The position numbers and the translations under genes are program-made. A stretch of DNA of 64,000 bases from an uncultured Candidatus Saccharibacteria bacterium. Its GTDB lineage: Bacteria > Patescibacteriota > Minisyncoccia > Phycocordibacterales > PALSA-1337. Shown here piece by piece: positions 46,152-54,984 of the stretch (position 1 is the stretch's first letter; the number at the start of each line of letters is the position of its first letter). The notes under the pieces were generated by a model, which was not told the DNA's origin, searched no databases, and saw nothing but the letters and a program-made list of their open reading frames with translations. The stretch spans positions 6,411 through 70,410 of the forward strand of contig CAYXWP010000001.1 of assembly GCA_964468845.1 (NCBI GenBank), in the 5' to 3' direction.

Positions 46152-46772
46152 ATGAATGGAAATAGAGAAAAACTCATGATTAGACTGCAAACAAAGAGGA
46201 TAGTAGCTATTTTATTTACATCCATATTGGTACTAGCAATTGCGTCTTTTTTCATATTTAAAAGTAAACCTATAAATATTGATGGGGGTCTTTCAACTAT
46301 TCAACAAGCATCTACAATAACCACATCCCCTGTTATCGTTGTTAAGCCGGCAGGAACAACTACAACTTCCACGTCCAAACAAGCAAAAGTATTGATAGGA
46401 AGTACAAAAATATCCGTAGAGCTTGCGAGGACTACAGCACAGATAAATAAAGGCCTGTCTGGCCGACTTTCACTTGACCCATATAATGGTATGCTTTTTA
46501 TGTTTAGTAAGGCATCTATATACCGTTTCTGGATGCCAGACATGCATTTCCCGCTCGACCTAATTTGGATAAATAATGGTAAGATTGTAGACATATCAGC
46601 GCATGCTTCAAATGATTTTAACCCGACGAACCCTGTGTACTATAGACCGAAAAGCCCAGCCCAATATGTACTAGAGGTGAACGCTGACTTTTGCAAAAAT
46701 CATGGGATAAAAATAGGAGATAAGGTGACATTTGAAAATATCCCCCAGCTTAACAATCTAAGTAATGAATAA
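46152..46772 (+). CDS. DUF192 (COG1430) domain secreted protein
   Basis: TM/signal, Thr-rich linker, then GLSGR...GMLFMF...FWMPDMHFPLDLIWIN. Confidence 0.65.
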   Translation: MNGNREKLMIRLQTKRIVAILFTSILVLAIASFFIFKSKPINIDGGLSTIQQASTITTSPVIVVKPAGTTTTSTSKQAKVLIGSTKISVELARTTAQINKGLSGRLSLDPYNGMLFMFSKASIYRFWMPDMHFPLDLIWINNGKIVDISAHASNDFNPTNPVYYRPKSPAQYVLEVNADFCKNHGIKIGDKVTFENIPQLNNLSNE

Positions 46773-47790
46773 TATAGAAATTACAACAATGTATCCCGAG
46801 CAATGGGATAAATTCGTAGAAGAAAATTACCCTGCAGTTGGGGCTTTTATGCAAACATGGGCCTGGGGGGAATTCCAAAAAAAGCTAGGTAGAAATGTAA
46901 ATAGATATTCAGTAATGAATGGCAAAAAAGCTATAGCAGTCTTTACTCTCGTCGAACTAAAATTAAATTTTGGTTTTAAATATGGATATATACCAAGAGG
47001 ACCAGTAATACAGAGGGGTACTAATTCAAAAAAGATAGCTGATATATTTGAATCAATCAAAAAATGGTCTTTAAAAAAATTTCCACAATATATTTTTCTT
47101 CGTCTTGAACCACCAATTTCTTTTTCAAATGAATATATGCGAAATGGTTTCCATTTACCATCATTTTATATTCAGCCAAGACACAATGTTGTTATAGACC
47201 TTACTAAATCTGAGGAAGAAATTCTTGCTTCTTTTCATTCTTCAACCCGATCAAACACAAAGCGTGCAGAAAAGCGTGGAGTAACTGTTGTGGTGAAAGA
47301 CAATATTACCCTAAGCGACTATCAGGCCTTTAAAGAAATGGTGAACGACACTATAGTAAGAAATAACGGCAAAAACGCTTATCCGAGCGACGAATACTTC
47401 CGATTCTTTCTGAAGGAAGTCCCCTTTACTGGATTTTATGGTCTGTGCGATGAAAAACCAGCATCCGTTCATTTTGTACTTTTCTTTGGCAACACAGCGA
47501 CATATCTTTATGGAGCATCCCATACAGCATATTTAAACTCAAAGGTGGATACGTATCTGCATTGGTCCGCAATGCGAGAAGCGAAGCGCAGGGGATGTAA
47601 ATACTATGACTTAGGGGGGATTGATCCTGTACGCTGGCCGGGCCTAACTGCTTACAAAAGACAGTACAAAGGCATGGAATTAGAATACATGGGAAATATT
47701 GATATACCTTTTAAAATAATTCACTATAGGCTATATTCGCTTGCAAGGCTTATAAAAACCAAGATCAGTGAGATGATTACGAAGAAGTAA
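46765..47790 (+). CDS. FemAB-family aminoacyl-tRNA-dependent peptidoglycan peptidyltransferase (lipid II interpeptide bridge)
   Basis: 341 aa. W..F......F.Q...W......G...Y, YIPRGP and a duplicated GNAT-like fold typical of FemX/FemAB. Confidence 0.6.
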   Translation: MNNIEITTMYPEQWDKFVEENYPAVGAFMQTWAWGEFQKKLGRNVNRYSVMNGKKAIAVFTLVELKLNFGFKYGYIPRGPVIQRGTNSKKIADIFESIKKWSLKKFPQYIFLRLEPPISFSNEYMRNGFHLPSFYIQPRHNVVIDLTKSEEEILASFHSSTRSNTKRAEKRGVTVVVKDNITLSDYQAFKEMVNDTIVRNNGKNAYPSDEYFRFFLKEVPFTGFYGLCDEKPASVHFVLFFGNTATYLYGASHTAYLNSKVDTYLHWSAMREAKRRGCKYYDLGGIDPVRWPGLTAYKRQYKGMELEYMGNIDIPFKIIHYRLYSLARLIKTKISEMITKK

Positions 47791-47816
47791 TTTTAAAAAC
47801 CGCCATCATCCCTCCA

Positions 47817-48272
47817 TCACACATGTTTCTCAATATTTTTAAAATCACCAAAAAGACAAATTGGGTCCATTGCGTGTATTTCTTCTAAATAAGCTGACTC
47901 TGTAGGTATGTCATTTGAAAGAAATATCTTTTTATCATTTACATAAGCCATTCCCATTTCCATCAGACAATTCCCTCCAATGTAATTTTTCTTACCTTTC
48001 TTCTCCAAATTTACAATCAAAATGGCATCACTCTCTAATATATGTTTGTAGTGTTGACGAATATAATCATGAGCGCGCTTAAAATCTGCAGTTTCAATTT
48101 GGCTCGCCCCTTCTTCTAAAATCGCCTGAACTTTACCATTTACATGATCCTCGTAATCCTGATGAATCCACCCATTGTAACCAAGTTCGCAAAGCTTATT
48201 CTTACTATCAACCATTTCATTCACAAAACTATTACTTCCTAATACGTATATTTTAGGGGGTTTATTTTTCAT
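47817..48272 (-). CDS. Nucleoside 2-deoxyribosyltransferase-like protein
   Basis: KIYVLGSNSF N-terminal strand and the C-terminal NYIGGNCLMEMGMAY..KKIFL motif of the NDT/YtoQ fold. Confidence 0.4.
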   Translation of the reverse strand: MKNKPPKIYVLGSNSFVNEMVDSKNKLCELGYNGWIHQDYEDHVNGKVQAILEEGASQIETADFKRAHDYIRQHYKHILESDAILIVNLEKKGKKNYIGGNCLMEMGMAYVNDKKIFLSNDIPTESAYLEEIHAMDPICLFGDFKNIEKHV

Positions 48273-48306
48273 AACAATATAATAATACAGATGTTATACT
48301 TAAACA

Positions 48307-48780
48307 ATGCAAAAGAAATGTGATCACACAAGTGTAGGAATGCTTGTTTGGAAGGATGAAAAACTTCTATTAATAGAGAGGAGGAAGTTTCCCTTTGGCT
48401 TCGCGATACCTGCTGGACACGTTGATGGGGATTCAACATTTGAGGACGCAGCAATACGAGAACTGAGAGAGGAAGTCGGCTTGGATTCTATCAATTTAGA
48501 ACCTGTTTATGATATAAAAAAAGAAAATCCATGCAGACGCGAGGACGGGACCTGGCATCACTGGAAAATATTTAAAACCGAAATTATTGGAGAGGGGGAA
48601 TTGAAACGTAGTGAAAGCGAGACGAAACAAGCAAATTGGTTTGATAAAGATCAAATACGCGCATTAGCTGAAAAAACTGCGAGATATTTTGATAAAAAAA
48701 TATCTGACGAGGAATGGGAGAAGAGTCCTGGGCTTGAACCAGTGATGTACGAGTTTTTCAAGGAATTAAAAATTATATAG
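48307..48780 (+). CDS. NUDIX hydrolase
   Basis: Nudix box GHVDGDSTFEDAAIRELREEVGL. Confidence 0.75.
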   Translation: MQKKCDHTSVGMLVWKDEKLLLIERRKFPFGFAIPAGHVDGDSTFEDAAIRELREEVGLDSINLEPVYDIKKENPCRREDGTWHHWKIFKTEIIGEGELKRSESETKQANWFDKDQIRALAEKTARYFDKKISDEEWEKSPGLEPVMYEFFKELKII

Positions 48781-48791
48781 AAAATATAAAC

Positions 48792-49208
48792 CTAAATACC
48801 GAAGGTTTCATCAATCTTTTGTTGCATCTCATTAAATGCCTGGTTATAAATATCAGGAATAAATATATCTAAATTCCCCGAGTTCCCTTTTTTTACAAAA
48901 ACCATAGCCACTTTTTTCTGAGCATTATTGCGACCATTATAGGTAGTTGTGTTAGACCCAACCTTACATTTAGTCTCGTAATTTGCATATATTGGCCACG
49001 CATCAAATTGTTTTATGTATGCACCCAAACTTACATTATCAAGAAAAGTTAATGCATTTGTTCCCTTACAGTTTCCAAAATCGCTAGACTCAATATATGT
49101 TTTTATCTTTGATTCAATACCGATAATTGAAGGTCTATTATTTGTAGTAAAATACCTTATCGCAAAGAATGCGCAAACCAAAATAACAATTCCCATTATG
49201 TATTTCAT
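48792..49208 (-). CDS. Hypothetical secreted protein
   Basis: N-terminal signal/TM. Confidence 0.3.
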   Translation of the reverse strand: MKYIMGIVILVCAFFAIRYFTTNNRPSIIGIESKIKTYIESSDFGNCKGTNALTFLDNVSLGAYIKQFDAWPIYANYETKCKVGSNTTTYNGRNNAQKKVAMVFVKKGNSGNLDIFIPDIYNQAFNEMQQKIDETFGI

Positions 49209-49349
49209 GTTATTTATTTTGTTTATTAGTTACTAATGTTAAGTATAATTTAGCATAATAATAGCATAATTTGAATATCAATAAAAAGAAAACCCACCTT
49301 GCGGAGGGTCGTGTGCAACAAACGAATGGCGAAAGCAAACTGCTGGGGG

Positions 49350-49685
49350 TTAATTAAGAACAGCTGAATCAACCCGAGCAATCTCTCTCCAGTAAAATGC
49401 TGGGAATACCCATCCACGCCTTGGAATTGAATAGAATGGTTTACGTTCTTGAAGTAGATAGTTGATCGCGCTTTCAAAATTGCCAGGTGCAAGTGGATCT
49501 TGAATCCAAAAACGAGGGTTGCTTCTTGCTGAAAGTAATGTAACAGTCGGAATACCGACATCAATATTTTCAGCAATTTCTCCAAAAAGAATACACGGCT
49601 CTCCATCCCCCAATGGAACACAGAGAATTGTGCAATTACTCGCAGCACATCGATGAGCCTCGATAATTTTAGTGAGATCAATCAT
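49350..49685 (-). CDS. Hypothetical protein (111 aa), GC-rich
   Basis: Preferred over the overlapping Leu-rich alternative frame 49250..49681. Confidence 0.3.
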   Translation of the reverse strand: MIDLTKIIEAHRCAASNCTILCVPLGDGEPCILFGEIAENIDVGIPTVTLLSARSNPRFWIQDPLAPGNFESAINYLLQERKPFYSIPRRGWVFPAFYWREIARVDSAVLN

Positions 49686-49861
49686 GAAAAAATGGGTTAG
49701 ATTGTTTCTCCATCCAGAATCAATCTACTAGATAGGTACTGATTAGTCAATTTTTTGTACGCGTCCATAACATGTGACGCAGGTTGTCCTATTGAAAAAC
49801 ACTGCAAAAGTCAAATGTGACTAAAAATTGGTCAACTTTTCAAAACTAGCATTCTGGACAA

Positions 49862-50326
49862 TCAACTCCAGAGCCCATTTTTTAATTCCTCCCTAATTTC
49901 CATCCAAATTTTCCCGATGTGATTTAAGCCCTCACCATCTATCCCATCATCCCAAAAGCCATCACCTGGTGGATAAGTCACGATATGCTTCACAATTTTT
50001 ACATCTCCAGAATTAATTAATGCTTTTATCACCTCTTCATGTTGCACGGCCTTAAGTTTCATAAGCTTCTTCATTACTAGGAGTTTATATTCTTCACTTT
50101 TAAATTCTGGAATTTGCAAATGCTTATATTTTGTAGAAACCTCCCAAGCCTTCACTGGGCTATGTGCATTAATAATTTCACTCCTTATTTTCTGATCCGT
50201 ATACCTTTGACATTGATATGCATGCTCTACAGTAGGATAAACAACGCCATCAATCTCTATCGCATGCGCCGTGTATGGTGAAAAATATATGTAAAATATT
50301 TCTAAAGGTAAAATTTCATTTTTCAT
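49862..50326 (-). CDS. NADAR (YbiA/DUF1768) family protein
   Basis: FYIYFSPYTAHAIEIDGVVYPTVEHAYQCQRY...GDGFWDDGIDGEGLNHIGKIWMEIR. Confidence 0.7.
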   Translation of the reverse strand: MKNEILPLEIFYIYFSPYTAHAIEIDGVVYPTVEHAYQCQRYTDQKIRSEIINAHSPVKAWEVSTKYKHLQIPEFKSEEYKLLVMKKLMKLKAVQHEEVIKALINSGDVKIVKHIVTYPPGDGFWDDGIDGEGLNHIGKIWMEIREELKNGLWS

Positions 50327-50333
50327 AAATTTC

Positions 50334-51239
50334 TTACAAATTTTTTAAGCCATTTATAAAATCACAAACCTCCTGCGCCAACGCATCTTCATCACCAAAA
50401 TATCCATGATTCGCATCACCAAGGATTTTTGTTTCAACTCTTGAACTATTAGTAGCCGCATTTTTTATTCTACTCATCACTTCCTCCACCGGCACGACGA
50501 TAGCATCATCCTTCCTCCCCATAATTACAAAAAGTGGTTGTGTAATTTTACTTAAAACCTCCAACTTATCCTCAGGCTTATATAAATTAAAAATTCCTGT
50601 CTTAGACTTTTCGCCAAAAAGACTTAAATATGTTGAGGCACTTAGTAGATAATCATTCCAAAGTAATTTTGAAAGCAATTCACTCCCTCTACCACTCTCA
50701 GCTTTTTCATTTGCTTCTTTAATAAATTCCTCAAACCCCTCACCTTCATCGCGAGCCAATCCGTGCATATCAGCAGGCGATAACAACAAAATTGAATTAA
50801 TTCTTTTGTCATTTGCCTCAGTGATATAGAATACAATTTTTGATGTGCCTAAACTGTGCCCAGAAAGATTAATTTTATTGAAACCTTGGCCCGCCACAAA
50901 GTCCATCGCGGCACCGATATCAAAAATGCAATCCTCAAACTTTTCATAAGTGCTTCCAATCCGAACAAAACTCTTTTTGCTATCTTTTTTGCTATCTATC
51001 GTTTTAGTTAAATCTTTAATTGCCTCACATCCCCTATTATTAAATACAAAAAGGGCAACACCTTCACTAGTAAGTTTTTTTGCAATTGAATCTACGAACG
51101 GGTTTTCATAAAAATTTCCACCCATTCCGTGAACGTGCACTAGAATTTCTTTTGAGTCACTAACACCGTCAGGCTCATAAAGCAAACCTACTAGTTCCAA
51201 GCCGTCTTTTGTAATGATGCGATGTAAGGTAGTTTTCAT
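50334..51239 (-). CDS. Alpha/beta hydrolase
   Basis: HVHGMGGN oxyanion region, GHSLGTS nucleophile elbow and a C-terminal His. Confidence 0.65.
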   Translation of the reverse strand: MKTTLHRIITKDGLELVGLLYEPDGVSDSKEILVHVHGMGGNFYENPFVDSIAKKLTSEGVALFVFNNRGCEAIKDLTKTIDSKKDSKKSFVRIGSTYEKFEDCIFDIGAAMDFVAGQGFNKINLSGHSLGTSKIVFYITEANDKRINSILLLSPADMHGLARDEGEGFEEFIKEANEKAESGRGSELLSKLLWNDYLLSASTYLSLFGEKSKTGIFNLYKPEDKLEVLSKITQPLFVIMGRKDDAIVVPVEEVMSRIKNAATNSSRVETKILGDANHGYFGDEDALAQEVCDFINGLKNL

Positions 51240-51263
51240 AAAAGTATTATATATAATAACAAA

Positions 51264-51593
51264 TTACTCCACATCTACCCAAGCTTGCGCTTCATAGTTA
51301 TATGATGACAACAAATCACTACTGCAAGGCATATCATTTTCATAGTGAATAGCGTGAATTTCAGTTGCACTAGTAGAATTTCCATCGGGATAGTTTCCTT
51401 TTCTTAAATACAAATACTCTGTAAAACTACCTGGTTTATCACCCTCAAGTTTTGTTTCCAAACGATAAAGACCTTTGTCATCTGATTTTTCACTGGTTAT
51501 GACCATATTTTCCGCAAAACGTGAAATTATCTCTAGAACAATTTCTTTTGTTGGTATCCATTCTATAGTTGTTTCAAATCGGCTATTTTCCAT
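51264..51593 (-). CDS. Hypothetical protein
   Basis: ORF only. Confidence 0.3.
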   Translation of the reverse strand: MENSRFETTIEWIPTKEIVLEIISRFAENMVITSEKSDDKGLYRLETKLEGDKPGSFTEYLYLRKGNYPDGNSTSATEIHAIHYENDMPCSSDLLSSYNYEAQAWVDVE

Positions 51594-51598
51594 AATAT

Positions 51599-52144
51599 CT
51601 ATTTTAATAAATCATCTGGCGTTGATAAATCATAACCCAATTCCTTTGCTCTAAGCGCAGATTTTTTCAAAAAATAGACCCAATGATCGTAATCCTTGTT
51701 CTCATTATGTGCTATCCAACTAGAAAGAATGTCCTCTGCACTTACCCAATCGAGTGTAAACCTTTCGTGATCCTCTAGTTTGGTATCCACTAGTTTTCTA
51801 CTTTTTAATATTACAAGAAAACATGTAGCCATTGCTGACCTGTTTACATTCTTTAAAACATTATGAAAATGTGTAAACACTTTAGCAATTTTCTCAACGC
51901 ACAGAAAATCATACAGGCCACTTTCTTCAACAACTTCTCTCAAAACGCCCTCCTGAATATCTTCTTTATCGCTAACCCCACCAGAAAAAAGTATGTACCT
52001 ACCCCTTTTTATTTGATCACCAACTGCATACTTTTGTGTTTCTGGATCAAAGACAACAGCACATCCGCCATCGCGACGCTCCTCATTTTCTCGCTTAATT
52101 CCAAATTCTAGAATGCCATCTAAAGTCATGTAGCTATTATACAC
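51599..52144 (-). CDS. NUDIX hydrolase (divergent)
   Basis: Nudix-like GGVSDKEDIQEGVLREVVEESGL. Confidence 0.5.
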   Translation of the reverse strand: MYNSYMTLDGILEFGIKRENEERRDGGCAVVFDPETQKYAVGDQIKRGRYILFSGGVSDKEDIQEGVLREVVEESGLYDFLCVEKIAKVFTHFHNVLKNVNRSAMATCFLVILKSRKLVDTKLEDHERFTLDWVSAEDILSSWIAHNENKDYDHWVYFLKKSALRAKELGYDLSTPDDLLK

Positions 52145-52166
52145 TCATCAATGTTGTTTGTAATGC

Positions 52167-52586
52167 TCATCCCCTATACCCCTCCGCGTATATCTTAAAA
52201 TTATTCAAAATCGCTTGCCAGCCCACCCGTTGCTTATCCTCAGGATTAATATTTTCCAATTCAAAATTTTCTACAATTCGTATACCTGTATTTAATTGAT
52301 AAAAAAATACCGAAACTTTTCTATTATCATCTAAAATATATGCTATTACTTTATTTATCTCAACAATACTGTAAGTGCCAGAAAAATCAAAAGAATCTGA
52401 TTTATCCTTTGCAGACATAGTAAAAACAAAACGTCCCCCAGCTTTGAGGTCATTCTCGGCATTTGGACATTCCCAATCATACGATGCATGCAACCATTTC
52501 ATAACATGCTCTGGTTTGGTCCATAAATCCCAAACCAGCGACAATTCTCTATTTACTGTCGTCTCAACGTTTATAGATTTAAACAT
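52167..52586 (-). CDS. SRPBCC (AHSA1 / polyketide-cyclase-like) family protein
   Basis: MFKSINVETTVNRELSLVWDLWTKPEHVMKW... typical of the family. Confidence 0.55.
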   Translation of the reverse strand: MFKSINVETTVNRELSLVWDLWTKPEHVMKWLHASYDWECPNAENDLKAGGRFVFTMSAKDKSDSFDFSGTYSIVEINKVIAYILDDNRKVSVFFYQLNTGIRIVENFELENINPEDKQRVGWQAILNNFKIYAEGYRG

Positions 52587-52728
52587 TTGAATTACCCCTT
52601 ATCACCCTAATCAAGATCATGATAATAGCAACTACCAACAAAACATGAATAAAACCTCCTATAGTGTAGGAAGTAATCAAGCCCAGCAACCAAAGAATTA
52701 CCAAAATGATAGCTATTGATGTTAGCAT
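52579..52728 (-). CDS. Small membrane protein, lmo0937-like family (49 aa); absent from the ORF track
   Basis: MLTSIAIILVILWLLGLITSYTIGGFIHVLLVVAIIMILIRVIRGNSNV. It overlaps the SRPBCC start by 8 nt. Confidence 0.45.
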   Translation of the reverse strand: MLTSIAIILVILWLLGLITSYTIGGFIHVLLVVAIIMILIRVIRGNSNV

Positions 52729-52916
52729 GTTTGTATATATATTATATTTATTCTAATAATAGGCGCCAGTTATAGTACGAAGCTGGAGGGGTTTTTGTTA
52801 CGGGGGGGATATGTAAAAGGGTTATTTATAGGATTCATCATTACATCATAAAATGAATTCTAAAATAAAATCCCCACCACGTTGAACCGTAGTGAGGAGA
52901 TGAAACAACCGCAACT

Positions 52917-54221
52917 TCAATCAATCGCGCCCGAAATGGAATTGGTCGCCTTATCGCCAATATCATGTCGCATCTGCTTGCCATTGAAATGGATTTCGTT
53001 GGCAGCAGCATAAGCACGTTTCTTAGCTATATGAAGATTTTCTCCCCAAGCAGTGACTCCTAGGACTCGTCCCCCATTGGTACCAAACATCTGGCCCATG
53101 CGCTTAGTCCCAGCATGAAAGATTTTGACATTGTCCATTTTGGATACTCGATCGAGCCCCCAAATCAACTGATCGTTACTTTGCCCTTTCGGATACCCCT
53201 TTGAGGCAAGCACGATGCAGACCGAGGCACCCGGAAACCAGTCCAATTTAACATGGCTGGAACCGCCGTCCGACGAGCATGCATATAGAACTTCAAACAG
53301 ATCGGAGCCAAGCCTGGACAGATATGCTTGAGCTTCCGGATCACCAAAGCGGGCATTAAATTCGAGAACCTTCAAACCCTTGTCCGTGAGCATAACCCCT
53401 GGATAGAGTAAACCTCGATAATCGATACCTTCTGTTACGCATCCATCATGCCAGTGTGCAATTATATCCTCATTGATTTTCTTGAGTAGCCCATTGTGAA
53501 CAAATGGCGTGGGAAAATATGCACCCATACCGCCTGTCATGGGACCTTGATCACCATCAAGAAAATGCTTATGATCTTGAGAAGTCGGAAATAGATACAC
53601 GTTCCTCGCGTTGCAAAGAATGTGAAGTGAGATCTCTGTTCCAACAAGCCGTTCCTGTATAAGAATTGGAGAGTCCGGCTTATTCGCAAACTTAGCATCA
53701 ATCATCTCAATGGCCTCCTCAATGAAATCTGGTAAACTCACACCCTTGCCCCTACATAATCCATCAGATTTAATGACACATCGCCCACCAAGTTTTTCAA
53801 CGTAATGTTTTGCAGGTTCTGGGTCGCTAAACACTTCCCCATTTGGCGATGGAATACCATAACGCTTCATGAAGTTGTGAGAATAAACCTTGGATGACTC
53901 AAGTTGTGCAGCCTTCTGATTTGGTCCGAATATGGCAAACTTTTTCCTTGCAAAGAGATCCGCAATACCGATTGCAAGCGGATCGTCAGGACCGACAACA
54001 GTCAGTGTTGGTTTCTTCTCACAAGCAAAGCTAAAAAGTCGTGGCAAATCTGTGACCTTAATACCAACGCATTGCACGGAATTGCCGTTCTTCAGTCGCT
54101 CTTGTGCTATACCAGGATTACCTGGAGCACACCACAGTTCCGTAACTTGTGGTGATTGTGCCAATGACCACACTAACGCATGTTCCCTACCACCTCCGCC
54201 AATAACCAGTACAGTGCTCAT
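52917..54221 (-). CDS. purD: Phosphoribosylamine--glycine ligase (GAR synthetase), copy 1; GC-rich
   Basis: MSTVLVIGGGGREHALVW and an ATP-grasp domain with LEFNARFGDPE. The start is trimmed to the Met at 54221 because the track's N-terminal extension is AT-rich leader. Confidence 0.9.
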   Translation of the reverse strand: MSTVLVIGGGGREHALVWSLAQSPQVTELWCAPGNPGIAQERLKNGNSVQCVGIKVTDLPRLFSFACEKKPTLTVVGPDDPLAIGIADLFARKKFAIFGPNQKAAQLESSKVYSHNFMKRYGIPSPNGEVFSDPEPAKHYVEKLGGRCVIKSDGLCRGKGVSLPDFIEEAIEMIDAKFANKPDSPILIQERLVGTEISLHILCNARNVYLFPTSQDHKHFLDGDQGPMTGGMGAYFPTPFVHNGLLKKINEDIIAHWHDGCVTEGIDYRGLLYPGVMLTDKGLKVLEFNARFGDPEAQAYLSRLGSDLFEVLYACSSDGGSSHVKLDWFPGASVCIVLASKGYPKGQSNDQLIWGLDRVSKMDNVKIFHAGTKRMGQMFGTNGGRVLGVTAWGENLHIAKKRAYAAANEIHFNGKQMRHDIGDKATNSISGAID

Positions 54222-54295
54222 AATTTTATTTCCTTTCGAAGAACATTCACCATTGACTATACTGATTTTTAGCAAAAAAACAACCGATAGAAAAC

Positions 54296-54844
54296 TTACT
54301 CCACCAATGTAATCCTTGGCCACCTTTCCTTCCACTTCTTTTTTTCCATCCTTTCTTTGATTACATCTATCCTATCTTTAAAAACTGGACTCGGTCTTAC
54401 AATAAAATTTACAAGGTCACTTATCCCATGTGGGGCAACTAAGACCAAGTTGCCATTTTTATCCATGCTCACACCTACCGCAGTAGCTGTCTCTGGCCAC
54501 TTTGAAATTGCATCTTCAGTTGATGTATATGGAGATAAACCATTCCACTTATTTGCATAGAATTCGTTTACAACTTCCCATTCAATTCCAGTCTCCTCTT
54601 GAAGCTTGGTAGACAATTTTTTATCCGCCTCCTCGTCATTACCGTTTGGATCAAAATATACCAAATCGATGTCAGTAATATCGGCAGTTGTATTCTCAAT
54701 CCCTGACAAATGATTCCATATTTTACTTCTCACAAAGCCAGCACCGATAACCCAATCGGGTAAATTTAGTGTAGAAGCAATTGTAATAATTTTCATCATC
54801 CATTCGTCTTGTTTTATTAAATTGTGTATGTCTTGTTCGGTCAT
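54296..54844 (-). CDS. Nucleotidyltransferase-family protein (NTP_transf_6 / DUF925-like)
   Basis: WVIGAGFVRSKIWNHL...DIDLVYFD. Confidence 0.5.
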   Translation of the reverse strand: MTEQDIHNLIKQDEWMMKIITIASTLNLPDWVIGAGFVRSKIWNHLSGIENTTADITDIDLVYFDPNGNDEEADKKLSTKLQEETGIEWEVVNEFYANKWNGLSPYTSTEDAISKWPETATAVGVSMDKNGNLVLVAPHGISDLVNFIVRPSPVFKDRIDVIKERMEKKKWKERWPRITLVE

Positions 54845-54984
54845 AAATATACGCTTTCTATTATATCAAACCTATAAATTTAATCCTTGCATTTTCTACA
54901 TCAAAATGTAACATTACTTTTAGACACCTTGAGTGAGGTGTGCATTAGCAAAAATACGAAAAAACTAACCAAAAAGGAGGAGCT

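Noticed and set aside
49250-49681. Alternative 143-aa frame overlapping 49350..49685
   Set aside because: It is Leu-rich with a low-complexity composition typical of an off-frame reading of a GC-rich gene. The other frame gives a balanced protein.
54222-54335. N-terminal 38-aa extension of purD copy 1 in the ORF track
   Set aside because: The extension is AT-rich leader sequence, while the PurD homology (MSTVLVIGGGGREH) and the GC shift both begin at the Met at 54221, which is preceded by AGGAAAT.
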